Assembly (NCBI GenBank): GCA_046734955.1
Contig: JBKPSH010000025.1
Location: 1,135-65,134, forward strand
DNA: 64,000 nucleotides
Direction: 5' to 3'
Source: Acidobacteriota bacterium
Lineage (GTDB): Bacteria > Acidobacteriota > Vicinamibacteria > Vicinamibacterales > 2-12-FULL-66-21
Part shown: positions 1 to 8,877 of the stretch, in pieces
Position numbering within the stretch: the stretch's first letter is position 1
How the letters are laid out: every line of letters starts with the position of its first letter
Position numbers and translations under genes: made by a program
Notes under the pieces: generated by a model
Database searches by the model: none
Told to the model about the DNA's origin: nothing
What the model saw: only the letters and a program-made list of their open reading frames with translations

Positions 1-1286
1 TACGCGCGCGCCAGCAGCGACACCGGATGCGCAACCTGAATACGCGCGCCTGCAGCATCCAGCCCGCGCGCGATTTGCAGCTGACATCCCGGATTTGCCG
101 TCGCCACCCAGCTCGCGCCTGTCCCGACAATATTGGCGGTCTTGCGTCCGAGCAGCAGATCCGCTTGCTCCGGCTGCGTAATCGCGTACACACCTGCACT
201 CCCGCAGCACCACGAAGATTCTGGTAATTCGGCCAGCGAAACGCCGGGCAGCAGCCGCAATAACGCCCGCGGCTCGCGTGAAATCTTTTGTCCATGCACG
301 AGATGGCAGGACTCGTGGTAGGTCACGCTCGTCGCCTCATTGAAAGGTGATGCTTGCGGTGGCCGGCAACCACTCTCTATCAGCCATTCCTGAACGTCCC
401 GTACTTTCCGATCCCACATGACCGCGCGGTCGCGATATTTCCGATCGTCGTGCAGCAGCGGCGCGTAACGTCGAAGGTGCGAACCACACCCACCGGCATT
501 CGTGATGATCGCGTCGTAGCGATCCGGAGGAAACAGATCGATCATCCGCCGCGCGAGAACGCGCGCATGTCCGAGATCACCGTTGTGCGCGTGGAGTGAC
601 CCGCAACACGGTTGGGTCGCCGGCGTGTCGACCGCGCACCCATTGGCGAGCAGGACGTCCGCCGTGTCACGGTTCACATCCGGAAAAACGAGATCTTGCA
701 CGCAGCCGGTCAACAACCCGACGCGATAACGTGCTTGCCCCGTTGGTGCCTCGTGCGCCGCAATCAGCGCGTTCGAGAAGTACGGCGCAATGCGGGGTGT
801 CTGAGGTTCCAATCGCCTGAGTGACGACGGCAGCAGACGCAGCATCCCTGTTCGCCGCGCCAGCGCTTCCAGTCCGCTGCGCTGGTAGAACCGGAGCAGC
901 CGTCCGGTAAAACGCAACGCTGCGGGATGCATGAAGAGGAAGCCAAGGGTCAGGGCCCGCCAGAACTGACGCGCGACACCATCGTGCGCATTCTGTCGCT
1001 CGATGTCGCTCCTTGCCGTTTCAAACAGTTCGGCGTAATTAACTCCTGCCGGACACGCGGTCTGGCAGGCGAGACACCCGAGGCAGTAACTCATCTCCTC
1101 GGCGAACTCGTGGGAGACATCCAGGACGCCGTCAGCAACGGCACGCATCAATGCGATGCGGCCGCGGGGACTGTTCCGCTCCTGCTTGGTTTGATCGTAG
1201 GTCGGACAGGTTGGCAGGCACATGCCGCAATGCATGCATTGCTGCAGCACCGCGTAGTCGATGGTTCGAAGGGTCCCGCTCGCCAT
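1..1286 (-). CDS. glcF: Glycolate/D-lactate oxidase iron-sulfur subunit (GlcF-like). The 3' end runs off the left window edge.
   Basis: Not in the ORF track because there is no stop inside the window. My minus-strand translation from the ATG at 1286 reads MASGTLRTIDYAVLQQCMHCGMCLPTCPTYD... It has two ferredoxin-type motifs (CMHCGMCLPTCP, CLGCLACQTACP) and two CCG motifs (PCCGSLH, WCCGSAG). The start lies 4 nt after the glcD stop. Confidence 0.85.
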   Translation of the reverse strand, partial: MASGTLRTIDYAVLQQCMHCGMCLPTCPTYDQTKQERNSPRGRIALMRAVADGVLDVSHEFAEEMSYCLGCLACQTACPAGVNYAELFETARSDIERQNAHDGVARQFWRALTLGFLFMHPAALRFTGRLLRFYQRSGLEALARRTGMLRLLPSSLRRLEPQTPRIAPYFSNALIAAHEAPTGQARYRVGLLTGCVQDLVFPDVNRDTADVLLANGCAVDTPATQPCCGSLHAHNGDLGHARVLARRMIDLFPPDRYDAIITNAGGCGSHLRRYAPLLHDDRKYRDRAVMWDRKVRDVQEWLIESGCRPPQASPFNEATSVTYHESCHLVHGQKISREPRALLRLLPGVSLAELPESSWCCGSAGVYAITQPEQADLLLGRKTANIVGTGASWVATANPGCQLQIARGLDAAGARIQVAHPVSLLARA

Positions 1287-1290
1287 CGGC

Positions 1291-2673
1291 TCAGTCGAAG
1301 ATCTTACCTGGATTGAGAAGCCCGGCCGGATCGAGGGCGCGCTTGATTTGCTTCATCACCTCGAAACTGCTGTCGCCCATTTGCTGTCGCAGCCACTCCT
1401 TCTTCGCCAGGCCGACACCGTGCTCGCCGGTGATCGTTCCACCCAGTTCCAGCGTCTTCTTTGCAATCAGATCGAGCGCATGATGGACGCGTGTCATTTC
1501 CGCTTGATCGCGCTCGTCGGTTAGGAACGTCGGATGCAGGTTTCCGTCGCCCATGTGACCGAAGGTGCCGATCTGAAGATTGGCGGCGCGCGCAGTCTCG
1601 GCGATGAACGAGACCATCTTCGCGAGTTCGCTCCGAGGAACGGTGAAGTCCTCGAGAATCGTTGTCGGCCGCCGGCGCGCCAGCGCGGAGAAAGCATTCC
1701 TTCTGGCTGCGGCCAGCGCCAGCGCTTCTGCCTCGTTCTTCGCCAGACGAACCTCGCGCGCGCCTTTTGCCCGAGCGATCGACGCCATCTGCGCCGCTTC
1801 GTCGGCGACCGCGGCCGGATGCCCGTCGGTTTCCATCAACAGCACCGCCGCACAGTCGGTCGGCAATCCTACGTGCGCAAAGTCTTCGACACACGTCGCC
1901 GTCATCTGATCGAGAAACTCGAGCGTGCAGGGAATGATTCGCGCGGCAATAATCGCCGACACCGTTTCAGCGGCGTCTTCAATCCGGTCGTACAGCGCCA
2001 GCATCGTCTGACGAGCGAGCGGCCGTGGCAGGAGCTTCAGCACGATCTCCGTAATGATGCCGAGGCTTCCCTCCGAGCCGATGAATAGGTCCTTCATCGA
2101 GTACCCGGCGACATCTTTGACACAGACGCTTCCAAACCGCGCGATGCGGCCGTCGGGCATCACCACTTCGAGCGCCATCACATAATCGCGCGTCACACCG
2201 TACTTGAGGCCGCGAAGTCCACCAGAGTTCTCCGCCACGTTGCCGCCGATCGAACTGATGCGCATTGAGCCAGGATCCGGTGGATAGAACAGTCCGTGTC
2301 GCGACGCCGCCTCATCGACCGTGAGCGTCGTCACACCGGGCTGGGTGCGCAGGAGAAGGTTCTGCGGATCAACGTCGAGGATCTTGTTCATCTGTACGAG
2401 ACAGAGAACGACGCTGCCACTAGAGGGCACGCTGCCACCGCTGAGTCCAGTGCCGGATCCACGGGTGACGATTGGAACCGACTGTGCGACCGCAAACTTC
2501 ACACAGCGCGAGACGTCGTCGGTCGTGTGCGGAAACACCACGGCCGACGGCATCTGCCACAGCGCGGCAGTGCCGTCAAAGCTATAAGGAATGATGTCTT
2601 CCGGCTTCGTGAGGACGGATCCAGCCCCTACGATGTCGGCCAATCCGGCTGCGACTTCTTTGGACAGGGGCAT
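1291..2673 (-). CDS. glcD: FAD-linked oxidase, GlcD-type (glycolate oxidase / D-lactate dehydrogenase subunit)
   Basis: 460-aa ORF with an ATG start. It has an FAD PCMH-type N-domain (VTRGSGTGLSGGSVP) and the GlcD-like C-terminus GEHGVGLAKKEW. It sits directly upstream of the Fe-S subunit gene. Confidence 0.85.
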   Translation of the reverse strand: MPLSKEVAAGLADIVGAGSVLTKPEDIIPYSFDGTAALWQMPSAVVFPHTTDDVSRCVKFAVAQSVPIVTRGSGTGLSGGSVPSSGSVVLCLVQMNKILDVDPQNLLLRTQPGVTTLTVDEAASRHGLFYPPDPGSMRISSIGGNVAENSGGLRGLKYGVTRDYVMALEVVMPDGRIARFGSVCVKDVAGYSMKDLFIGSEGSLGIITEIVLKLLPRPLARQTMLALYDRIEDAAETVSAIIAARIIPCTLEFLDQMTATCVEDFAHVGLPTDCAAVLLMETDGHPAAVADEAAQMASIARAKGAREVRLAKNEAEALALAAARRNAFSALARRRPTTILEDFTVPRSELAKMVSFIAETARAANLQIGTFGHMGDGNLHPTFLTDERDQAEMTRVHHALDLIAKKTLELGGTITGEHGVGLAKKEWLRQQMGDSSFEVMKQIKRALDPAGLLNPGKIFD

Positions 2674-2682
2674 CCAAATATT

Positions 2683-3522
2683 TTATGTGACGACCTTTTG
2701 TCGCTGCTCGCCCAGACCTTCAACGCCCAGTCGCACGACATTCCCTTCGCGCAGATAGACCGGCGGCTTCTTCCCGTGACCGACACCGGGCGGTGTACCG
2801 GTCGAGATGATGTCCCCGGGCTGCAGGCTCATGAATTTGCTTAAATAGCTCACCAGAAACGGGACACCGAATATGAGCGTCCTGGTCGAGCCGTCCTGAT
2901 ACCGTTGCCCATCGACCTCGAGCCAGAGCTTGAGATTGCCGGCGGCGGCGACCTCATCTGCGGTGACGAGCCACGGACCAATCGGCCCGAAGGTATCGGC
3001 GCTCTTCCCTTTCACCCACTGCCCCGTGCCTTCAAGCTGGTACGCGCGCTCGGAAACGTCGTGGACGACGCAGTAACCGGCGACGTGCGACAGCGAGTCC
3101 TGTTCAGTGATGTATTTTCCGGGCTTGCCGATGACGACACCCATCTCGACTTCCCAGTCCGTCTTCTGCGAACCGCGGGGGATCTCGATGTTGTCGTTCG
3201 GCCCGACGATGCAGGAGGTCGCCTTCATGAAGACGATCGGTTCTTTCGGGACAGCCATCCCCGATTCCGCGGCGTGATCGGAGTAGTTCAAACCGATGGC
3301 GATGAATTTGCCGACGCGACCGACGCATGGTCCGATACGCGGCGTGCCATTGACGCGCGGCAGCGACGCCGGATCGAGACCGCGCAATCGTCCGATCGAT
3401 GCCGGCAGCAGCGTATCGCCTGCAATATCGGGCACCACGCCAGAGAGATCACGGATAGCGCCGGTTGAATCGACGAGCCCGGGTTTTTCCTGTCCGGGGG
3501 AACCGTAACGAAGCAGTTTCAT
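2683..3522 (-). CDS. Fumarylacetoacetate hydrolase (FAH) family protein, 2,4-diketo-3-deoxy-sugar-acid hydrolase-like
   Basis: 279 aa. Begins MKLLRYG..PGLVD..G.IRDLS and continues with the FAH C-terminal domain (EVEMGVVIGK, STGTPPGVG). This is the layout of LRA6-type hydrolases that are often mis-annotated as ureidoglycolate lyase. Confidence 0.75.
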   Translation of the reverse strand: MKLLRYGSPGQEKPGLVDSTGAIRDLSGVVPDIAGDTLLPASIGRLRGLDPASLPRVNGTPRIGPCVGRVGKFIAIGLNYSDHAAESGMAVPKEPIVFMKATSCIVGPNDNIEIPRGSQKTDWEVEMGVVIGKPGKYITEQDSLSHVAGYCVVHDVSERAYQLEGTGQWVKGKSADTFGPIGPWLVTADEVAAAGNLKLWLEVDGQRYQDGSTRTLIFGVPFLVSYLSKFMSLQPGDIISTGTPPGVGHGKKPPVYLREGNVVRLGVEGLGEQRQKVVT

Positions 3523-3541
3523 GTGTCAGTGTCCAACCGAT

Positions 3542-3561
3542 CTTCCGCCTGAAGGCGGAAG
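3542..3561 (-). terminator. Stem-loop CTTCCGCC-TTCA-GGCGGAAG
   Basis: 8-bp perfect stem with a 4-nt loop, downstream of the dehydratase gene. No U-tract, so it may be a processing or stability element rather than a terminator. Confidence 0.3.
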
Positions 3562-3586
3562 CCACAAGAGATTACCAGCAGCCAGG

Positions 3587-3607
3587 AGCGAGTAGCGAGT
3601 AGCGAAG
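3587..3607. repeat. Tandem heptamer AGCGAGT x3 just downstream of the dehydratase stop
   Basis: agcgagtagcgagtagcgaagt, read directly from the sequence. Confidence 0.8.
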
Positions 3608-3613
3608 TAAATA

Positions 3614-5332
3614 TTAATGCGATTCTCGCGCGACGTCGTGGCCACGGCAGCCGACGAGGAAATCAAGGTCCGCCCCCTGATCCGCTTGCTGCACGTGTTC
3701 GATATACAGCCGGGCGTAGCCGCCCGGCGGCAAATTCGGTTCCGGCTTCTTCCATTCAGCGCGGCGCTTCGCCACCTCCGCATCGCTGACATCGAGATGC
3801 AGCCGGCGAGCGTCAACGTCTAATTCAATCATGTCGCCGTCGCGGACGAGCGCGAGCGGTCCACCGGCGGCCGCCTCGGGGGCGACGTGCAGCACCGTCG
3901 TCCCATACGCAGTCCCGCTCATGCGCGCATCCGAGATTCGCACCATGTCGGTGACGCCCGTCTTCAACACTTTTGGTGGTAATCCCATGTTCCCCACTTC
4001 TGCCATGCCCGGGTATCCCTTCGGCCCACAACCCTTGAGAACCAGCACGCAATCCTTGTCGACGTCGAGCGCTGGGTCGGCGATGCGAGCCTTGTAGTGC
4101 TCGATGTTCTCGAATACGACCGCGCGGCCGCGATGCTTCATCAGGTGCGGCGACGCCGCGGACGGCTTCAGCACGGCACCCTGAGGCGCGAGGTTGCCGC
4201 GCAACACCGCGATGCCTCCGTGAGCAGCGAGCGCACGAGCGATCGGTCGTATCACCTCTGTGTTGTAGTTCGGTGCTTCGCGACAGTTCTCCCAGATCGT
4301 TTGACCGTTGACCGTCAGCGCGTCGCGATTCAGCATCCCGTTCTCGCCCAGCGTTCGAATCACGGCAGGCAAACCGCCGGCATAATAAAAATCCTCCATC
4401 AAGAACCGGCCTGACGGCATCAGATCGACGATCGTCGGTATTGCGCGCCCAAGATCGTCCCAATCCTGCAATGTGACCGGCACCCCGACGCGACCAGCGA
4501 TCGCGAGCAGGTGCAGGACGGCATTGGTCGATCCGCCGATCGCACCGTTCACTCGGATGGCATTCTCGAATGCGGCCCGCGTGAGGATTTTTGAAATCGG
4601 CACATCGTCTTTGACCAGCTCAACGATGCGGCGACCAGCGAGGTGTGCCTGCGCGTAGCGTCGCGAGTCGACCGCCGGAATCGCGGCATTTTCGGGCAGC
4701 GTCAGGCCAAGCGACTCCGCCATCGACGCCATCGTCGAGGCTGTGCCCATGACATTGCACGTGCCCGACGAGCGCGACATGCACGATTCGGCCTGCATGA
4801 ACTCCTTGACGCTCATCATGCCGCCGCGTACCTCTTCGCTGAAACGCCAGACGTCGGTGCCGGACCCGATGTCCGCGCCGCGGAACTTGCCGTTGAGCAT
4901 CGGGCCGCCCGAGACGACGAGCGACGGAAGATCGCAGCTCGCCGCGCCCATGATCAGCGACGGAGTCGTCTTGTCGCACCCGCAGAGAAGGACGACACCG
5001 TCAATCGGATTTGCGCGGATGGATTCTTCGACATCCATCGCGGCGAGATTGCGGAAGAGCATCGCTGTCGGACGGACGCTCGTCTCGCCGAGCGACATCA
5101 CCGGGAACTCGAACGGCAGGCCGCCGGCTTCCCAGACACCGCGCTTCACATGATCGGCCAGTTCGCGGAAATGGCCGTTACAGGGTGTCAGTTCAGACCA
5201 GGTGTTGCAAATGCCAATGACGGGTCGGTTTTCAAAGATGCCTTCCGGCAGTCCGCGGCCGACCCAGCTGCGATGAATGAATCCGTCTTTGTCAGGCTTG
5301 GAGAACCAGGCAGATGAACGATATTTTTTCAA
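3614..5332 (-). CDS. IlvD/Edd-family sugar-acid dehydratase (L-arabinonate/D-xylonate dehydratase-like)
   Basis: Motifs: RSSAWF, GICNTWSELTPCNGHFRELA, CGCDKTTPS, SGTCNVMGTASTM. The track ORF extends to 5392 and would overlap the upstream gene by 56 nt. The TTG at 5332 (LKKYRSSAWF) removes that overlap, so I chose it; the start remains uncertain. Confidence 0.8.
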   Translation of the reverse strand: MKKYRSSAWFSKPDKDGFIHRSWVGRGLPEGIFENRPVIGICNTWSELTPCNGHFRELADHVKRGVWEAGGLPFEFPVMSLGETSVRPTAMLFRNLAAMDVEESIRANPIDGVVLLCGCDKTTPSLIMGAASCDLPSLVVSGGPMLNGKFRGADIGSGTDVWRFSEEVRGGMMSVKEFMQAESCMSRSSGTCNVMGTASTMASMAESLGLTLPENAAIPAVDSRRYAQAHLAGRRIVELVKDDVPISKILTRAAFENAIRVNGAIGGSTNAVLHLLAIAGRVGVPVTLQDWDDLGRAIPTIVDLMPSGRFLMEDFYYAGGLPAVIRTLGENGMLNRDALTVNGQTIWENCREAPNYNTEVIRPIARALAAHGGIAVLRGNLAPQGAVLKPSAASPHLMKHRGRAVVFENIEHYKARIADPALDVDKDCVLVLKGCGPKGYPGMAEVGNMGLPPKVLKTGVTDMVRISDARMSGTAYGTTVLHVAPEAAAGGPLALVRDGDMIELDVDARRLHLDVSDAEVAKRRAEWKKPEPNLPPGGYARLYIEHVQQADQGADLDFLVGCRGHDVARESH

Positions 5333-5336
5333 TTTG

Positions 5337-6281
5337 TTAGTTTCCCCCGCGCCCTCTGCCCGTGCCTGCGGCCGGCGTGTCGGTCGTGCCACGACCGCCG
5401 CGCGCGGGACGTTCGGTCATCAGCGTGTCCACCGAACGATGCGCGGCCCACGCGATGCCACGTAGCAACATCGGCTGAATCTGAGGGTTCGTGAAGTTGG
5501 AATAGAAGTGACCCTGCATCCACACGAATGCGCGATACGGCTGTCCGGTCGGCGCGGGCGTGAGCTGCTTCTCGTAGGTCCAGATCTGCGGCACCACTTC
5601 CCCGGCGTGACCCGCCTGTTTTGCCGTCGGGGTTGCATCCATCACCGCCGTCGCGAGCACGTGCACTTCAGGCGACTTCGACCATGTCATCAAGTAGAAG
5701 GCCTCGTCCTTGATGGCGAAGTCTGACATGCCCTGCATGATCGGATGCTCTTTGTCGACGATGGTGTAGGGGACGTTCGCCTCGAGCGTGAAGTTCGTCT
5801 CGCCGTGTTTCTTGGCGCCGCCGACGATGTCGGCAAACTCGCCGGGGTTGGGGCCGCACAATGAATCGTGAATGGTGACAATGCCTCCGCCACGACGCAT
5901 GTACGCATCGAGGTTCGCGCGATCCTCCATGCTCATGTAGCCTGCATCACCTTTGTAGATGACGACGACGTCGGAGTTCAGCAACTCCTTCTCCGACGGA
6001 AAATGAAGGCTGCCGTCGACGATCGCATTGCGATTCATCAACAACTTGCTCCAGTCGGCGAGGAATTGCGGATAGTCGTGCTGCCCTTCGCCGTGGGTCT
6101 TCAAACCGGCATAAAGGTAAATGCGAATCGGTGGGGTGGAGAACGGGCTCTGCTGGATACCACCGCCGCGTCCGCCGCGACCACCTGGTTGCTGCTGCGC
6201 GGCGGGTGCCGTCGTCTGCTGCGCAACGAGACTCGCGCTGGCGATGACGAGTGCGGCAAGAAGGGAAATCCTGGTTTTCAT
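5337..6281 (-). CDS. Exported ThuA-like (trehalose-utilisation, class I amidotransferase-like fold) protein
   Basis: Signal peptide MKTRISLLAALVIASASLVAQQ. ThuA-like core (GEGQHDYPQF, GGGIVTIHDS, KEHPIMQG). AGGAG lies upstream of the ATG. Gly/Arg-rich tracts occur after the signal peptide and at the C-terminus. Confidence 0.6.
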   Translation of the reverse strand: MKTRISLLAALVIASASLVAQQTTAPAAQQQPGGRGGRGGGIQQSPFSTPPIRIYLYAGLKTHGEGQHDYPQFLADWSKLLMNRNAIVDGSLHFPSEKELLNSDVVVIYKGDAGYMSMEDRANLDAYMRRGGGIVTIHDSLCGPNPGEFADIVGGAKKHGETNFTLEANVPYTIVDKEHPIMQGMSDFAIKDEAFYLMTWSKSPEVHVLATAVMDATPTAKQAGHAGEVVPQIWTYEKQLTPAPTGQPYRAFVWMQGHFYSNFTNPQIQPMLLRGIAWAAHRSVDTLMTERPARGGRGTTDTPAAGTGRGRGGN

Positions 6282-6296
6282 TGGAACTCCTGCGAG

Positions 6297-7514
6297 TTAG
6301 TTTCTTTTCGCGTACGTCTTGCTAAATCCATTGCGGCTGTTGGTCACCGTGAACGAGCCATCGGGCTGTACGGATAACTTGATCCAGTAAGCCGGTGTGT
6401 GTGCCGCCGCTCCACCACCGCCTCGACCACCTCCGCCGCCTGGCGCTTGCGCAGGAGCGGTTGCGGGAGCTGCGGTTGCAGATCCCGCCGCTGGTGCGTT
6501 CGCAGGAGCGGCGCCCTGGCCGCCACGCGCGCCTCCGCCAGGGCCACCGCCGCGCGGCGGTGCCGTCAACACGTTCGCAATCGTGGCGTTGTCGTCGATG
6601 TTCGCAATGAAGAGGCCAGCGGAATTCAACTCGAGTCCCGCATTGTACGACCAATGCAGTTGCCACAAATCTTCAAAGCCCGAGGACGACCGCATCGTCT
6701 TCATCGCCTCGACACCGCCGCCCTTCCGCGTCCCGTTCTGCATGATGGCAACGCGCGGCTGCAAGGCCTGAACGAGGGCGGGCGATCCCGACTGATCGAG
6801 TCCATGATGCGTGACGAAATACACGTCGACCGTGCCGATCGGATTATTCGGGCACATCAGTTCGTTTTCCTTGTTCCACAGCAGGTCGCCGAGATCGATC
6901 GCACGGAACTGACCGAAGGTGATCACGCTGCCCACCGATTGCGCGTTGTCGTCCGTGGGTGAGGCGTCTTTCGGCGCGACGCCGGCACACGCGGGATTGG
7001 GCTTTGCGGCTCCTGGCACGAGCGGAGTTTTCAGGACGTTGCCCGCCGACGTCACAATGCGCCAGTCGAGCCCGGCGATTGGCACTTTGTCGCCAGGTTT
7101 GACGACCATGTGCTTCGCTTTTCCGTACAGCTCGGCATAAGCCGCCTGAAAGCCCTGCACCTGCTCGCGCTCTTCAACGTTCGGACCGTGGTCGATGTAA
7201 GTGCCGATCGGAATGGCCTTCGCCAGTTCCTGCAGGCCACCGATGTGATCGACGTGATAGTGCGTCGAGATCAGAAAATCGATCTGCTTCAGGCCGGCGT
7301 CGTTGATCGCGGCCATGATGCGATCGTGATCGCGATTGCCGGGATTGCCGCTGTCGATGAGCAGCGACTGGCCGCTCGGCGTCACCCAGAGCGCCGCCTT
7401 GCCGCCTTCGGTGTCGACGACGTAGATATCGAGCGGTTTAGCCGGACCGCGCTGTGCCAGCAGCGCGCCAGTGAGCGCAACGATCGCTGCGCCGGTAACT
7501 ACCAGTCGCTTCAT
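6297..7514 (-). CDS. Exported metallo-beta-lactamase-fold hydrolase
   Basis: HxHxDH motif (STHYHVDHIGG). Signal peptide MKRLVVTGAAIVALTGALLAQ when started at the ATG at 7514, which has GGAG 8 nt upstream; the track start is 7535. A long G/A/P/R low-complexity tract precedes a short C-terminal domain. Confidence 0.75.
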   Translation of the reverse strand: MKRLVVTGAAIVALTGALLAQRGPAKPLDIYVVDTEGGKAALWVTPSGQSLLIDSGNPGNRDHDRIMAAINDAGLKQIDFLISTHYHVDHIGGLQELAKAIPIGTYIDHGPNVEEREQVQGFQAAYAELYGKAKHMVVKPGDKVPIAGLDWRIVTSAGNVLKTPLVPGAAKPNPACAGVAPKDASPTDDNAQSVGSVITFGQFRAIDLGDLLWNKENELMCPNNPIGTVDVYFVTHHGLDQSGSPALVQALQPRVAIMQNGTRKGGGVEAMKTMRSSSGFEDLWQLHWSYNAGLELNSAGLFIANIDDNATIANVLTAPPRGGGPGGGARGGQGAAPANAPAAGSATAAPATAPAQAPGGGGGRGGGGAAAHTPAYWIKLSVQPDGSFTVTNSRNGFSKTYAKRN

Positions 7515-7535
7515 CCGATACTCCATTGCCGCCAA

Positions 7536-7976
7536 TTATTTCAGCGGTGAAAAATCCGTCGGATCCGCGAACACTGATTCCACCTTCGTCGTTAACGGCC
7601 CATCCTTTTCGGACTCCGCCTTTGCCTTCACCCAATCCGGATCGGCGCGGAACGACGCCCAGCTCTTGGCTGCAGCATCGCGGCTTTCGTGCGACAGCAC
7701 ATAGATGAGCGTGTTCTCTTTTAACGGCGCATCCTGCGGGACCCAGTAGCCCACACTCTTCATGTCGTATTTGTTGAAGACTTTGATCGTGTGATCGCGG
7801 AAGCGTGCCTTGAGCGCTTCGAGCTTTCCAGGGGGAGTCGTGTAAGTGCGAATCTCGAACACGCGGTTGCCCGCCGCATGCACGGTGGTGGCAGGTGTCA
7901 TCAACGCGTGCATCGCAACTCCTCCCGCAAACGCCGCACACACGACAAACGCCATGGACGTCTTGCTCAGCAACAT
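7536..7976 (-). CDS. Exported NIPSNAP-family protein
   Basis: NIPSNAP-like core (VFEIRTYTTPPGKLEALKARFRDHTIKVF...YWVP). The ATG at 7976 gives the signal peptide MLLSKTSMAFVVCAAFAGGVAMHA and is preceded by AAGGAGGAG. The longer track start at 8051 lies in the polypurine repeat and overlaps the SDR gene. Confidence 0.7.
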   Translation of the reverse strand: MLLSKTSMAFVVCAAFAGGVAMHALMTPATTVHAAGNRVFEIRTYTTPPGKLEALKARFRDHTIKVFNKYDMKSVGYWVPQDAPLKENTLIYVLSHESRDAAAKSWASFRADPDWVKAKAESEKDGPLTTKVESVFADPTDFSPLK

Positions 7977-8003
7977 CACAGTCTCCTCCTTGAATCCCTT
8001 GTG

Positions 8004-8035
8004 CCTTCCCTTTTGCCTTTTCCCTTTTGCCTTTT
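8004..8035 (-). repeat. Stop-codon-anchored polypurine repeat (AAAAGGC/AAAAGGG)n
   Basis: The minus strand reads TAA-AAAAGGCAAAAGGGAAAAGGCAAAAGGGAAGG immediately after the SDR stop. It runs into the AAGGAGGAG SD of the NIPSNAP gene. Confidence 0.85.
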
Positions 8036-8815
8036 TTATCGGGCGATCCACCCGCCATCCACGAACAGCGGTGTCCCCGTCACGTACGATGATGCCTCCG
8101 ACGCCAGAAACACGACCGCGCCGGTCAGCTCGTCGAGCTCGCCCCAGCGGCCCATGGGAATCTGCGCGACGAACTCTTTGTACTTCACTGGGTCTTCAAG
8201 CAGCGATCGGTTCATCTCAGTCGCAAACGCGCCAGGGCAGATGGCATTCGCCGTCACACCCGTGCCGGCCCATTCAAGCGCAAGGACGCGTGTGAGGTTG
8301 ACGATCCCGGCCTTTGATGAAGCGTAGGGAGCGCGGCCCGGAAGCGCGATCACGGCGAGTACGGAGCCGAGATTGATCACGCGTCCCCATCCGCGGCTGA
8401 CCATCCGCGGCCCTATCGCTCGCGCGCACAGAAACGGCCCCTTCAGGTTGGTGTCAACGACCGCATCCCAGTCGTCTTCGGTCAGCTGCTGAATCGGTCC
8501 ACGGATGTTGATGCCGGCGTTGTTGACGAGTATGTCAATGCGTCCGAACTCTCCCTCGACTTCGTTCGTCAACCGTTCGACGTCAGCCAGCTTCGTCACG
8601 TCCGCGGCAAACGCGCCGATCTTCTTGCCGGTGGCATTCGCAATCGCGCTGCCGGCCTCCTGACACGTTTCTTTCGACCTGCCGGCCAGCGCCACGCTCG
8701 CGCCCGCTTCAGCCAACGCCGTTGCCATCGTCTTGCCCAACCCGCGCGCCCCGCCCGTCACGAGCGCGACCTTGCCGTCGAGCCGAAATCGATCGATCAC
8801 ATTCTTCTGAGCCAA
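8036..8815 (-). CDS. Short-chain dehydrogenase/reductase (KduD / gluconate-5-dehydrogenase-like)
   Basis: TGGARGLG cofactor motif, NNAG, and the catalytic YASSKAG. The track start (TTG at 8881) is inside the repeat. Plausible starts are the TTG at 8815 or the GTG at 8800 ([17 protein letters not shown]). Confidence 0.8.
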   Translation of the reverse strand: MAQKNVIDRFRLDGKVALVTGGARGLGKTMATALAEAGASVALAGRSKETCQEAGSAIANATGKKIGAFAADVTKLADVERLTNEVEGEFGRIDILVNNAGINIRGPIQQLTEDDWDAVVDTNLKGPFLCARAIGPRMVSRGWGRVINLGSVLAVIALPGRAPYASSKAGIVNLTRVLALEWAGTGVTANAICPGAFATEMNRSLLEDPVKYKEFVAQIPMGRWGELDELTGAVVFLASEASSYVTGTPLFVDGGWIAR

Positions 8816-8844
8816 ATCTAATCCTTTGCTGATCCGGCGCTCCA

Positions 8845-8877
8845 CTTTTCCCTTTTGCCTTTTTCCCTCGTGCCTTT
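8845..8877 (-). repeat. Stop-codon-anchored polypurine repeat, second copy
   Basis: The minus strand reads TGA-AAAGGCACGAGGGAAAAAGGCAAAAGGGAAAAG directly after the epimerase stop, upstream of the SDR start. Confidence 0.85.
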
